Source: a virus
DNA: 64,000 nucleotides
Virus record (IMG/VR): IMGVR_UViG_3300033145_000849
Coordinates: 64,267 to 128,266 of that record
Strand: one strand, 5' to 3'
Shown here piece by piece: positions 20,957 to 30,930 of this stretch (within the stretch, counting starts at the first letter, position 1; every line of letters begins with the position of its first letter). The translations under genes were made by a program, and so were the position numbers. The notes under the pieces are model-generated. The model worked only from the letters and a program-made list of their open reading frames with translations, did no database searches and was not told the DNA's origin.

Positions 20957-22727
20957 TTTTACCCTTCCTGTAACGAGTATAATAAGCTTTTCTGTATCTC
21001 CTGCTACCAGATAGTCGTATCTTTGCATTTGCTGCAGGCATAGTACCAGCCATGTACCATCCACGACCTGCATATGGCCTATCAGCATCTAGTTCTCCCT
21101 TAACAACCATAGAAGCCTTCTGAACGGTCATACCTCCAGATCTCAGAGAATTTTCCCACTTAGCCATACATTCTAGAGCCCTAGAAAGAGGTGCACTAAC
21201 ATCTCCAGAGCTATTGTATTCTACCTTTAAGTCTCCTAACTGCTTAGACTTTAAGCGATTACTACCACCAGTGGTATTGATCAACAATGTTTCTTGAGCT
21301 CTACAGCAAGTCCACATACTTCTAACAAACTGATAGTATGAGCTACTGTCAGGACTAGCATTCCAGTTGTTTTCATCAGCTTCTTGAGAAGCTTGGAAAA
21401 TAGCAAAATTAACAGTATCGTCAGCAACTCCATCTATGAAAGCACCAACATCTAGTCTTATTCTACGCAGAGTACAGTAGTAGGGACTATATGTTGTAGT
21501 AAACTCCCATGTGTAGTCAGACCCTAAAGCTGTACCAACAGAAGAGGCGATTGTGCTGTCTAGAGTGACTGTGACAAGGTTATTAGTTAAAAGCTGCCCC
21601 GAGGCTACAACAATAGATAAAACGCTCCCAGTAGCGCTAGGGGAGACGAGAAGGGTACCTGAAGCAGTTATCAGGGGGTCCCCATTCACTGGCTCTGTAA
21701 AAACAGTAACAGTACTGGTATCTACAGTGCTAGCGTCAATGCTAGAGCTGAATGTAGCTGTAAGAGTATAATCCTCTACTGGAACATCCATGTGAGAAAT
21801 TCCGTCTGCTGGACTAGTGCTACTTACCGAAAAGGAAGAAGAAGACGATGAGGATGTAGTACCAGTAGTAGTTACAGTATCTCCCAATACAGAGGTAGCC
21901 GCTGTTGAAGGGATGGCGTCAATGCTTCCACTGCCTGTCATAAACGGCCAGTTGAGATTGCCCGAGAAGGATACTTTCTCTTTAACTATTGCAGACCAAA
22001 TATCTCCAGACTGATAGGTTCCCTCTTCAAACTCTATGTAAACACCATTAGAAAGAAGGGTTCCACTTCTTTTGGCCTTGAAGGGACCAAATACACTCAG
22101 AGGGGCAGTGCCTTTCCAATACTGGAATCTAGCGTCTCCAAGTTCACCAGCAGTAGAAATTTGTGCATAGTAGGTATCTTGGGTAGCTTGACCAGTATAA
22201 CTACCAGTAAACTCTGCTTCACCATCGCCAGTGTTTAAACCACTAGCTATAGTATCAAAAACTGTTCTTTCAGAAACACCAGTTGTTAAGTCATCTGTCT
22301 CATCTTCGTCTCCAGATAGATAAACAGTGTAATTAGTATCTGTAGCAAGACGATTTGTTGGAGTAAAAATAGCTTTGGTTCGATATAGAAGACCAGAACC
22401 AACAGTATCAGTAGTGGTAACTACGGTGTCGTCATCCGAAAGATCAATCCTCTCGAATGTTATATTGCCCTGAAGTAGTCCTTCAAAACCAGGAGACTGA
22501 AGAATCTCATCTTCAGATCCGGAACTAGCAAAATCATGAAATAGTTGAAGGTCTGGACCAGACCAAGTATCGAAGTCAGGACCAGCGGCAAAGAAGTTGC
22601 CTCCTTCTACAGTGGTCTCATCTATTTCTCTGTCAAACAGAACCCAAATCTGGTCGCTAGTAATGATACCAACACCAGATACGGTAGGATGTACCAGGTC
22701 GACAATACTGCCAATGTTTTCAGCCAA
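20946..22727 (-). CDS. Head-tail adaptor with N-terminal Ig-like domains
   Basis: Ig-like repeats (FDREIDETTV, FTPTNRL, FSSSIDASTV, YTWEFTT); C-terminal KSKQLGDLKVEY adaptor-like motif. Confidence 0.55.
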   Translation of the reverse strand: MAENIGSIVDLVHPTVSGVGIITSDQIWVLFDREIDETTVEGGNFFAAGPDFDTWSGPDLQLFHDFASSGSEDEILQSPGFEGLLQGNITFERIDLSDDDTVVTTTDTVGSGLLYRTKAIFTPTNRLATDTNYTVYLSGDEDETDDLTTGVSERTVFDTIASGLNTGDGEAEFTGSYTGQATQDTYYAQISTAGELGDARFQYWKGTAPLSVFGPFKAKRSGTLLSNGVYIEFEEGTYQSGDIWSAIVKEKVSFSGNLNWPFMTGSGSIDAIPSTAATSVLGDTVTTTGTTSSSSSSSFSVSSTSPADGISHMDVPVEDYTLTATFSSSIDASTVDTSTVTVFTEPVNGDPLITASGTLLVSPSATGSVLSIVVASGQLLTNNLVTVTLDSTIASSVGTALGSDYTWEFTTTYSPYYCTLRRIRLDVGAFIDGVADDTVNFAIFQASQEADENNWNASPDSSSYYQFVRSMWTCCRAQETLLINTTGGSNRLKSKQLGDLKVEYNSSGDVSAPLSRALECMAKWENSLRSGGMTVQKASMVVKGELDADRPYAGRGWYMAGTMPAANAKIRLSGSRRYRKAYYTRYRKGKNGY

Positions 22728-22771
22728 TTAGGAGTCACCACCCAGGTGAGACTAAAAAACTCACAAATACA

Positions 22772-22780
22772 ATTTTAGCA
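22772..22780 (-). promoter_or_regulatory. Candidate extended -10 promoter TGcTAAAAT
   Basis: Lies in the intergenic gap before 22727. The same TGCTAwwmT pattern occurs at 33626-33634 and 45287-45295. Confidence 0.35.
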
Positions 22781-22788
22781 TAGTATCC

Positions 22789-23451
22789 CTATTTGTCCTT
22801 ATTGGCTATGGCCTCACTAGCAAAATGAACTACTTGACTCTCGCTTTCTAGGATTTCGTATGGAAACATTTCTCTAGGAGTCCCTAAAGATATAGGCTTA
22901 TCTGTTGTCGCTTTCTCTATACCTATAGATATTTCTTTCTGTATTTTTCTAATGTGTTCCTGCAAAAGATCTTTAACAGAAATTCTGTTTTTATTCTTGA
23001 GTTCCATCTGCAGAAGGGTTCTTAAGAGTCGTAAATCATCTTCGTTTTTAATAGCAGCCTTGATTGCTCTAGTTGTCTGCTTGCTTATATGCTCACATCT
23101 ACTTTTAAACTTCTGTTCTTGCTTCTCTCTTTTAGCTAAGACAGAAAGCTGTTTCTTCTCTACCTTCTTTTCTTTCTTCTTATTTAAATATGTTTGAACT
23201 TCTTGAGAAGGAGCTTCTTCCTTTGGCTGACCCTGCAAGTAGAGGTTGTAGAGATCCATATAAGACTTATCGCTTTCCAGAGTTTTCTTCTGTATGCCGA
23301 TAAGGATCTGTTTCTGCTCTAGTTCTGATAGCTTTTCGAATTCAATCGTTTCAGGTCCTGGCTGTTGATAGGTTAAGGATACTTTAACCTTTTTTGGTTC
23401 CCCAAGGAACCAGATGGGAGGACCATTATGTTGATCCAGTTTAATCCACAT
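22789..23451 (-). CDS. Hypothetical protein (Lys-rich)
   Basis: ORF with AGGAG RBS after the capsid terminator. Confidence 0.6.
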   Translation of the reverse strand: MWIKLDQHNGPPIWFLGEPKKVKVSLTYQQPGPETIEFEKLSELEQKQILIGIQKKTLESDKSYMDLYNLYLQGQPKEEAPSQEVQTYLNKKKEKKVEKKQLSVLAKREKQEQKFKSRCEHISKQTTRAIKAAIKNEDDLRLLRTLLQMELKNKNRISVKDLLQEHIRKIQKEISIGIEKATTDKPISLGTPREMFPYEILESESQVVHFASEAIANKDK

Positions 23452-23479
23452 TTATATCTCCTGAAGTTAAAATGGACAT

Positions 23480-23520
23480 AGAAAAGCTCCAGGGAGAGAA
23501 TTTCTCCCTGGAGCTTTTCT
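23480..23520. terminator. Perfect 18-bp hairpin, probably bidirectional terminator after major capsid gene
   Basis: agaaaagctccagggaga-gaatt-tctccctggagcttttct. Confidence 0.85.
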
Positions 23521-23556
23521 GATTATCTGTAAATCGTTATTCAACGATTCTTACCA

Positions 23557-24819
23557 CTAGATGCTCAAGCTTTGAGTAGGCGGAATTCTAACAATGGTTC
23601 CACTTACGTCTTGAGTAATTTGTGCCGGTAGAGCAACCTCATTGGGCACACAGTGGACGTTACGTAGCACTGCAATTGCTTGGCCTTCATTCAAGATGCC
23701 AAGACCATAACGTTCACGCAGTTTGATCTTCCTGATGTCACGATGAGGATCGTCAAACTCTTCAGTGGTAACTTCCTCGTCCACGATGTAGACACCCATC
23801 TCATTGCTATCGAACATATAGATATCAGTGAGTTTTCTGCGGGGATCAAAAGGAACGAACGGGCTGACTATAATGCGGAAAGGAATACCCATGTAGCTCG
23901 GAAGCACTGGGGCACTCGTGATTGCCTGCGGATAGTCAGTCAATACTGAGCCTGTTTCACTGTGTGGAGCTGTTCCACCAGTAGATGTTTCAGTCGGAAC
24001 AATGTTCTGACCGACAGCAGTACCCATTCCACCCTGTGAACTGTTGGCCCAAGGAGCTTGTCCAGCGGGATTTCCAGTCCAAGAAGCGAAGAAGGTTCCT
24101 CCACCATTGGCTTGTGCAAAGGCTCTCAACTGAGCGTCTTTAACAAACATAGTCCAAGTAAGTGGATGCATTAACAGTGTGTTAGGCATGAAACCTTGGG
24201 TGATGATCTGAGCGAAAGAATCGAAGACATCATCCATAGTAACAGAACCGTTAGCTGCTCCGTCAAGATCTCTACCTGTGCAGACACCATTCACAGACTG
24301 GGTAGGATTCAGGTTATCAAACACTGGAACTCCCATTGCCTGGATATAGTTGAAGATCTTAACCTCTTTATGACGGGCTAGGGCGCGACCAGCTGCACGT
24401 AAATGCATACCAATCACATCAAACTGACTGTAACGAATCATTTCATCGGTCACTCGGATTGCAACACCCGATTTCCCAATGTTAGCCGTCACAGTAGATC
24501 CACCCATCTGGAGAGATCTTTCTGGATATTCTTGACCTTCAGCAATGTCGGCAGCAACTAGTGCTCCAACAGCGGGGAAGGTAATGGACTGGCCGTAGCT
24601 GTAGTTAATTCTCTGCAGCAAAGACGTACCAACCAATAGTGGCTCTTGAGCCTCTTTAACGATATTAGAGATTACCTTTGGAAAGAGCATCGGAGCATTA
24701 GGGACACTCAGGGCATCCTCAAGCTTAACCGGCTCTTTATTCAAAGAATCGCGTCTCCCGTTATTTTTCCATAGCCATTCAAATTCAGCTACGTCTTTAA
24801 TTTCGAGATTATTTGGCAT
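23557..24819 (-). CDS. Major capsid protein (HK97 fold)
   Basis: IAEGQEYPE...KSGVAIRVTDEMIRYSQFDVI...IKLRERYG; strong AGGAGG RBS; after protease and decoration genes, before a terminator. Confidence 0.88.
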   Translation of the reverse strand: MPNNLEIKDVAEFEWLWKNNGRRDSLNKEPVKLEDALSVPNAPMLFPKVISNIVKEAQEPLLVGTSLLQRINYSYGQSITFPAVGALVAADIAEGQEYPERSLQMGGSTVTANIGKSGVAIRVTDEMIRYSQFDVIGMHLRAAGRALARHKEVKIFNYIQAMGVPVFDNLNPTQSVNGVCTGRDLDGAANGSVTMDDVFDSFAQIITQGFMPNTLLMHPLTWTMFVKDAQLRAFAQANGGGTFFASWTGNPAGQAPWANSSQGGMGTAVGQNIVPTETSTGGTAPHSETGSVLTDYPQAITSAPVLPSYMGIPFRIIVSPFVPFDPRRKLTDIYMFDSNEMGVYIVDEEVTTEEFDDPHRDIRKIKLRERYGLGILNEGQAIAVLRNVHCVPNEVALPAQITQDVSGTIVRIPPTQSLSI

Positions 24820-24857
24820 TATGCTATTCCTCCTAAAAGTTTAGACCAATCGATAAC

Positions 24858-26276
24858 CTATCGGCTAATCACATTGATAACAACAAGTGTATCGGCTGCA
24901 CCAGCGAAGGTTACGAGATCTGTATAACCTTGACTTGCAGAACCTGGCATTTGATCCATCTGACCAAGATTAGCACTAGCTGAACCAGCAGTAGCATTGG
25001 CCATAGAACCTGCAGAACTAGTATTGAGCGCGGGGCTGTAACCCGTTCTTACTCTGTCTAGAGCATCTGATGGTTCCGATTCAAATCCAAGAACCTGTCC
25101 CATAAGATTAGAACAGTTGGACGTTCCAGGTGCTGGATTAGCTCTAACCCAGTTACTGGCAGCGCCACATTCAAGGAAGTCGCCAGGCTTTAATTCTGAA
25201 GTGGTCGCAAGAACACAAGAGAATTGACTGTATACGCCTGGAGCTGTTGCATAGTGATAGTACTCTATTGAAACAGTACCACCGGCACCAGAAATGGAAG
25301 TTGGCAGAGCAGCACTATCAGCACTATAGATAAAGATAACGCCGGCAGCGGTGTCAACATAGAAATCTCCAGCTGCATCTACTGAAGAAACAGAAGATTG
25401 TTCGTTAACCAAAACACCAGACACATCATCAGCCGTATTATCGCTTTCCATAGCAATCGTAGTACGAGCAGTGTTCTTGGCAATCGGGAACTCGTCTAGA
25501 CACAAGGCAATAACAGTGTCTGTAGACAACAGGGGCTCAGCGCCGTAGGTAGCGTTATAGCGACCTGTAGCGTTAGCAACAGAATTGGCTTTCGTAAAAG
25601 TAGCTTGAGTACCAATAACTAGAGCTGAACCAGTAACTGTTTTATCAACAGTCTCAGTAGTAACCTGACCAGGAATCAACGGAAGTCTAATGACATAGTC
25701 ACAAAGAACCGCTACCTGATGCTGCATGTTATAGTTATGATTGTTGAATTCGGCAGGATTGAATCCATCTCCACCGGCCCATTGCAGGTATGCATAAGGA
25801 GCCACACCAATGGGATACTTAGCAGTAGCATCAACAAAGTCTGAGCCAAAACGACCCATAAAACCAGAGGTTTTCTGAGCTGCGACACCAGCAAGAGCTG
25901 CCGTCCATCCAGCTTCTCTGACACCATTCAACTGAGACAAAGTCACAGTCTTTGCAATAGTAACTGCTTCACCAGTAGCAACATCAATGGTACCTGCGGT
26001 AACATCGCTTGCCGTATAGGCAACAGTTGCACCTGTAAGACCATACTCTGCGGGCATTACTCGACCATCGGGATCGAGAGCTACCATCTTACCTGGCATT
26101 ACAACATTCCAATTCTCATAATGTTTGTCATAGAATTGGACAGGAAGCCATGCTGCTGGCTTAAACGGAAAGGCAGGTCGTTGTCCCTCCGAAAGTTCAA
26201 TGTCCGGAAGTATATTTCCGACATGGTCCCAAACCTTGTGGCTTGGTGAATACTGACCCAGGGTGTTAAAAGGCAT
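24858..26276 (-). CDS. Capsid decoration/auxiliary head protein
   Basis: Ala/Thr/Gly-rich protein between protease and major capsid genes; AGGAGGAG RBS. Confidence 0.55.
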   Translation of the reverse strand: MPFNTLGQYSPSHKVWDHVGNILPDIELSEGQRPAFPFKPAAWLPVQFYDKHYENWNVVMPGKMVALDPDGRVMPAEYGLTGATVAYTASDVTAGTIDVATGEAVTIAKTVTLSQLNGVREAGWTAALAGVAAQKTSGFMGRFGSDFVDATAKYPIGVAPYAYLQWAGGDGFNPAEFNNHNYNMQHQVAVLCDYVIRLPLIPGQVTTETVDKTVTGSALVIGTQATFTKANSVANATGRYNATYGAEPLLSTDTVIALCLDEFPIAKNTARTTIAMESDNTADDVSGVLVNEQSSVSSVDAAGDFYVDTAAGVIFIYSADSAALPTSISGAGGTVSIEYYHYATAPGVYSQFSCVLATTSELKPGDFLECGAASNWVRANPAPGTSNCSNLMGQVLGFESEPSDALDRVRTGYSPALNTSSAGSMANATAGSASANLGQMDQMPGSASQGYTDLVTFAGAADTLVVINVISR

Positions 26277-26293
26277 TCAAACTCCTCCTTGGA

Positions 26294-28420
26294 TTATTCC
26301 TTTACTGGATTTTCAATGGGGACTAGCCCCTTTGCTTGTGCATTTTTCAAATATCGATCTGCGATTGCTTGTCCAGAGCCCATTCTAAGCTTTAGAAATC
26401 TTTCTGCAACCTGCTCGATAACATTACGGTCATATCTTTTCTCATCTTTAACTTTTGTCTTACCTGTATTGTCTTGAACCGCTGTTGGATCATCTACCAT
26501 CCCTGCTGGATTATTCGATAAACCAGAATTTAGTTTATCAGCGATCTTAACGATGTCAACTTTGCTGTCTAGGTCCTTTAATGTCTCATCCAAAATCTCT
26601 GTAGACTTCTCTTTTAATTCATTTAATTGAACCTCTTCTCCAGCTAGACAATGGAAATCTGCCACTCTTTGAATCTTAAGGGAACGAATTTCCTCTACTG
26701 CTTTAGCAAGAGAATCTTCTAAGGTATCAACATCTTTATGGAGATACCCGTTTTCCTTACGGCCAGTTTCAAGCTTGTCTTCTACTGCTTTGACAGCATC
26801 TTCTGCATTTTTGTCAGATACAGTCTTAGAGTCTTTTAACTGGTTTTCAAGTTCTGCAATGCGATCTTCCAAGGGCTTGGTATCGCAACTATGTTCTACT
26901 CCGCGTTCACTCATGGCACCTAAAATGCCATTATAAAGTTGGGTTAGTTCACCATCAGAAAAGTGGTCAAAATAGTCAAGAATAAACTGTCCAAGACTTA
27001 CTTCAACAATAGTATCTTTTACTTCATCCTCAAAGGTACAACCAAGGCGTTTTGCTTTCCGGGTAATACAATCGACTACTGAAGTTTCAACCTCGTTCTT
27101 TTTAGCATAAGCCATGGCCGATTTGGCATGGGCGCGATCATTGACAGGATAACTTCTGTTAGGACCACAGAAAACAGAGTCTGCAAGCTTCTTTCTAGAA
27201 TCTGCAGTTAGTTTTGCATCCTTAAGAGAAACGATATCCTCGTCTTCTTTAAGGTCTCCCTGTAGAGCGTCTGCTACCATAGCAGCATACTCTACTCCCC
27301 ATCCATCTTCTCCAACGATTTCATCGTATTCGTCGCCCCAAAAGAGTTTAACAGGGTTCTCTTCGTCTTGAGTCTCTGTATTTTTGGGGGTAATTTGTTC
27401 GTCCAATAACTGGAAGAATTTTTCTTCCTCTAGGTCTTTGTGCTCGTCGATAAGCTTTGTGACCATATCCTTCAAGTTCTCTACGTCCTTGTATTTTTCA
27501 GATGCGAGTTTGAAGGCATTTTCAAAAGTCATTATAACGTCCTCCTTGGTTAGGTCTTGTTGTTGATATGAATCTATTATCAAGCCCACTTCAGGTATGA
27601 GACCAAGTGTAACATCATTATCTAAATGTACAAAGTCTTGTACTCCCGCTATATTAACTTCAATTACACGGGAATGTCTATCTGCAGGCTTGTTAACGAA
27701 TGAATACTCATCATAGACTAGGTCTCCAGCTATTAAAACAGCTTTCTTACCATCATAGATCTGTCCAGGCTTATGGTCACAGGGCCCTTCATCTTCTGCC
27801 CAGTCCTGTTTACATACAGAACAGACAGCCTGATTAGTGCTAGCCCCTACGGAACCGGTTAGATATCTACCATCAACAACCTTTTTAGCTGCATCAGGAT
27901 CAGAGATATCTGCAATTAGTTCAATATATCCAAGACCTTCGTAAGAAGGATCGTCTACAACCTTAGCATCTTCAATGAAATAGCGACTTGCTATATCAAA
28001 GCTTTCACTAAAAGACAGTTTACCTTCAATAAAGGCATCTAGGAGGGCTGAACTAATGGCGGTTTCACAGTGGTCTTTAACTTCGGTTGCATCTACCCGA
28101 TGTCTAAAACCCTCTGAAATATCTATATAACTAGCTTTATAGACTCTTCCAATAGCGTCATTGTGGCTATCGTGATGAATAAGAATAGGCTTATTGAACT
28201 GATCAGTCCAACTAGCTGTTCCTGCTCTCATTTTACTAGGAAGATAAAAGCCATTGTTTCGTGTAGTAAGGCCAGCGTGAGTAGCGGCAATACCAATTCT
28301 TAGAGATGTACTAGCGGCAGGATGAGTAGCATAGAAGTCTCTAATCTGATCTGGAACGATAGGTTTGAACGACACTTGGTCAGTAAACCTAACAAAATTA
28401 TCAGGATTCTTCTTTGCCAT
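26294..28420 (-). CDS. Prohead protease/scaffold
   Basis: PILIHHD..AIGR, GRYLTGSVG, CSVC..CDH, EYSFVNKPAD; acidic coiled-coil C-terminus; internal LTADSRKKLADSVFCGPNRSYPVNDRAHA module (DUF6582-like, from memory). Confidence 0.75.
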   Translation of the reverse strand: MAKKNPDNFVRFTDQVSFKPIVPDQIRDFYATHPAASTSLRIGIAATHAGLTTRNNGFYLPSKMRAGTASWTDQFNKPILIHHDSHNDAIGRVYKASYIDISEGFRHRVDATEVKDHCETAISSALLDAFIEGKLSFSESFDIASRYFIEDAKVVDDPSYEGLGYIELIADISDPDAAKKVVDGRYLTGSVGASTNQAVCSVCKQDWAEDEGPCDHKPGQIYDGKKAVLIAGDLVYDEYSFVNKPADRHSRVIEVNIAGVQDFVHLDNDVTLGLIPEVGLIIDSYQQQDLTKEDVIMTFENAFKLASEKYKDVENLKDMVTKLIDEHKDLEEEKFFQLLDEQITPKNTETQDEENPVKLFWGDEYDEIVGEDGWGVEYAAMVADALQGDLKEDEDIVSLKDAKLTADSRKKLADSVFCGPNRSYPVNDRAHAKSAMAYAKKNEVETSVVDCITRKAKRLGCTFEDEVKDTIVEVSLGQFILDYFDHFSDGELTQLYNGILGAMSERGVEHSCDTKPLEDRIAELENQLKDSKTVSDKNAEDAVKAVEDKLETGRKENGYLHKDVDTLEDSLAKAVEEIRSLKIQRVADFHCLAGEEVQLNELKEKSTEILDETLKDLDSKVDIVKIADKLNSGLSNNPAGMVDDPTAVQDNTGKTKVKDEKRYDRNVIEQVAERFLKLRMGSGQAIADRYLKNAQAKGLVPIENPVKE

Positions 28421-28433
28421 ATAAAAACGCCCC

Positions 28434-30920
28434 TTATGATCCTTTTTTTACGGATTTGTCGTCGGCCCTTAAGTAAGACTTTCGACATTTTTGACAATAG
28501 TAAGTACCCGATCTTGGTTGCAATATTGCCGTATTAGTACAATCAGGACAGACAATAGTATCATTTCTAACGTTTTCGTCTCCAGGGTCTATAGCATTTG
28601 AACCCTCTTTACGTGCAACACTAGGATCAGGTTTACTAGTCGTTTCAGAACTATATTTGTCTTCAATCTCTGCCATATCTCGATGAGTAACTACTTTAAG
28701 ACTACATTTACAACCTGGATGAATCGGTGCTATATCTTCCATAGTTACGAATGTTGGGTCTTGGATAGTTCCCTTAAGAGCTTGACATCTTACACAAGCT
28801 TCATCTTCTGGAACTATTTCAACACCAAGTTCATTAGCAAACTTTACACCTAGAACACGCCCGTAATTATATGCTTTCCTTAGTTCAACATCCCAAATAA
28901 ACCTTGTTCTATATCTTACAGAGTCAAAAGATGTATGGAGTTCAGATATATAGGCACGTTCTCTTTCAGCTAGTGTAACATCGCCAGTTGACTCGTCAAC
29001 TCGTCTAGTTAACATCCTAATGACTGATTCTGCTAGTTTATTAACGGTATGCTCTACTCTTACACGTACAGTACTACGCCCAATAACGACCAGGTCTGCT
29101 GCTTTAGAAGCTTGCCCACCTGTCTGGTCATTGAACCCTCTTATTAATTGGGAAGAAGCTAGACTACTAAATTTTTCTATAACATCTGCAGCCCAGGTAT
29201 AAGCATGTGCCATGAGGTATTCTTGATTAAGTGAACCTCTACTTTTAAGACCGTTTCGTATACGACCTTCTGTATCTGATTCTAATTCTCGGAATCCCTT
29301 TTCAATAAAATTATCCTTCTTACTTGTAGCTTTTTGAGATGTTGCAACCTTGGTCTTTCTGTCTTCTTCTGCTTCTTTTTGAATCGCCTTTTCTTTAGCT
29401 GTTATTTCAGCAGCGGCTGCCTTCTTTGTAAGGGAAAGACTTCTAGATTCTGTAGCCGCTTGAGCTGCCATAGAATAAGGTTCATCAACTGCACTAATAA
29501 GCTTGGTAGGTTCTTCAAACAATTTCCAATGTGTTTGGGCCCATTCAGGATACTTAGACAAGTCCTGATCTTCTGGATCTTCTGGTAATGGAATAGGCTC
29601 TTTAGCTAATTCCGAACGAAGCTCGTCATAGGTAATTCCATTTGCTTGGAATACTTCAACGGCATGCTTCTGTTGATCCATCTTGTTTTGAACATCAATT
29701 TCAGCAAACTGGAGATGGACCATTGTCTCTTCTTCAAGGATGTCTTCTCCGAAGGTTGACTCCAATAATAGTTCTTTGACAATTTCATGGTCCCATTGCG
29801 CTTCAAAAGCATCTTGCACATCCTTAACGGCATCAATTAGGGCTCTCGAGAGAGTATTGGCAGTGGCACGATTTGTAGTATCTCCGTCTCCTAAGTCTAT
29901 AGAAGATATACCTAATCCGGCAATAACCCTTTTCTTAAAGTGATCTAAATAGCCTTCTGCTCTAACAGCTCTTCCTTCAGAACCTATTGCTTCAACATTA
30001 TGTCTTTCATCAGTAACGATGCCACCTTCTGTGGGCATGAGCTTAATTTCTTCTTTTACTACGTCAACTTCTCGTAATCCATCTTCTGTATATCCAGCAG
30101 GTGCGTTTTCTGTACCTACTTTATAATGAAAGAGAGGAAATAAGTGTTGATAGAGTAAAAGCTCTATGTTTTCTTCAATCTGTCTAAGAGCTCTAATGTC
30201 ATCGATTACTGGAATTAATGTAGGAACACCAAAGACAAACCCTTCACGTCTATCTATAGTAAAGTGGACTACATCTTGTACTGGAAAGTTTCTATAGCGT
30301 CCATTTGGAAGTAATTGGCGCCATCCCATTACCTTGCCATTGTCATGATTAATATCTACATGCATCGTTTCAGGTGCAGCGGGAAAATAGCCTGCAACTG
30401 GTTCTAGGTCCTTTTTTTGAAATGCATCTCGAGTTTTTCCACCAGAAGACTCTAGCTTTCTAACCTTAACAATGAATGCATTAGAGGTTCTGATAAGGCT
30501 ATGAGACACCCTTTTCATAAGCTCAATCGTTGGAATATTACTAGCTTGAGCAATCTGTGTCATTCTAGTCTTGATGTATTTTATGGTGTTTTTATTAGCG
30601 CCTGAATATCCAAGACCTTCCTTGAACATTAGTCCAATCTTCTTTTTGAAAGCTTGCCTTACGAAACTGTCAGTATCCTCAATGACTCCTATCTCCGAGA
30701 GGTCATATTCAGCAGGAAGGAAATATCCTCTTCCACCAGCCCATTGTTGAGCATAAGTAAGAACATTAGGCGCAACCTGTTTTACTTGAGAAATAGACAT
30801 GGCTTTAGAACCAGGAGCAGAAGCTGATGGAGGTGGGGCAACTGAGCGAATAATAAAATTAGCATCGCCAATCGTTTTCTGTGTGCGTGATGTACCTAAG
30901 CCAAAAAGCTTCATAGTCAA
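28434..30920 (-). CDS. Portal protein with C-terminal MuF-like domain and Zn ribbon
   Basis: Portal-like DVVHFT...FGVPTLIPVIDDI; C-terminal CVRC...APIHPGCKC (MuF P.HPxCxC) and CPDC...CQKC. Confidence 0.75.
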   Translation of the reverse strand: MTMKLFGLGTSRTQKTIGDANFIIRSVAPPPSASAPGSKAMSISQVKQVAPNVLTYAQQWAGGRGYFLPAEYDLSEIGVIEDTDSFVRQAFKKKIGLMFKEGLGYSGANKNTIKYIKTRMTQIAQASNIPTIELMKRVSHSLIRTSNAFIVKVRKLESSGGKTRDAFQKKDLEPVAGYFPAAPETMHVDINHDNGKVMGWRQLLPNGRYRNFPVQDVVHFTIDRREGFVFGVPTLIPVIDDIRALRQIEENIELLLYQHLFPLFHYKVGTENAPAGYTEDGLREVDVVKEEIKLMPTEGGIVTDERHNVEAIGSEGRAVRAEGYLDHFKKRVIAGLGISSIDLGDGDTTNRATANTLSRALIDAVKDVQDAFEAQWDHEIVKELLLESTFGEDILEEETMVHLQFAEIDVQNKMDQQKHAVEVFQANGITYDELRSELAKEPIPLPEDPEDQDLSKYPEWAQTHWKLFEEPTKLISAVDEPYSMAAQAATESRSLSLTKKAAAAEITAKEKAIQKEAEEDRKTKVATSQKATSKKDNFIEKGFRELESDTEGRIRNGLKSRGSLNQEYLMAHAYTWAADVIEKFSSLASSQLIRGFNDQTGGQASKAADLVVIGRSTVRVRVEHTVNKLAESVIRMLTRRVDESTGDVTLAERERAYISELHTSFDSVRYRTRFIWDVELRKAYNYGRVLGVKFANELGVEIVPEDEACVRCQALKGTIQDPTFVTMEDIAPIHPGCKCSLKVVTHRDMAEIEDKYSSETTSKPDPSVARKEGSNAIDPGDENVRNDTIVCPDCTNTAILQPRSGTYYCQKCRKSYLRADDKSVKKGS

Positions 30921-30930
30921 ACCAACTCTT

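Noticed and set aside
20957-21088. N-terminal extension of the 244-aa ORF
   Set aside because: Overlaps the upstream gene by 143 nt; ATG 20956 with an AGGAAGGG RBS is more plausible.
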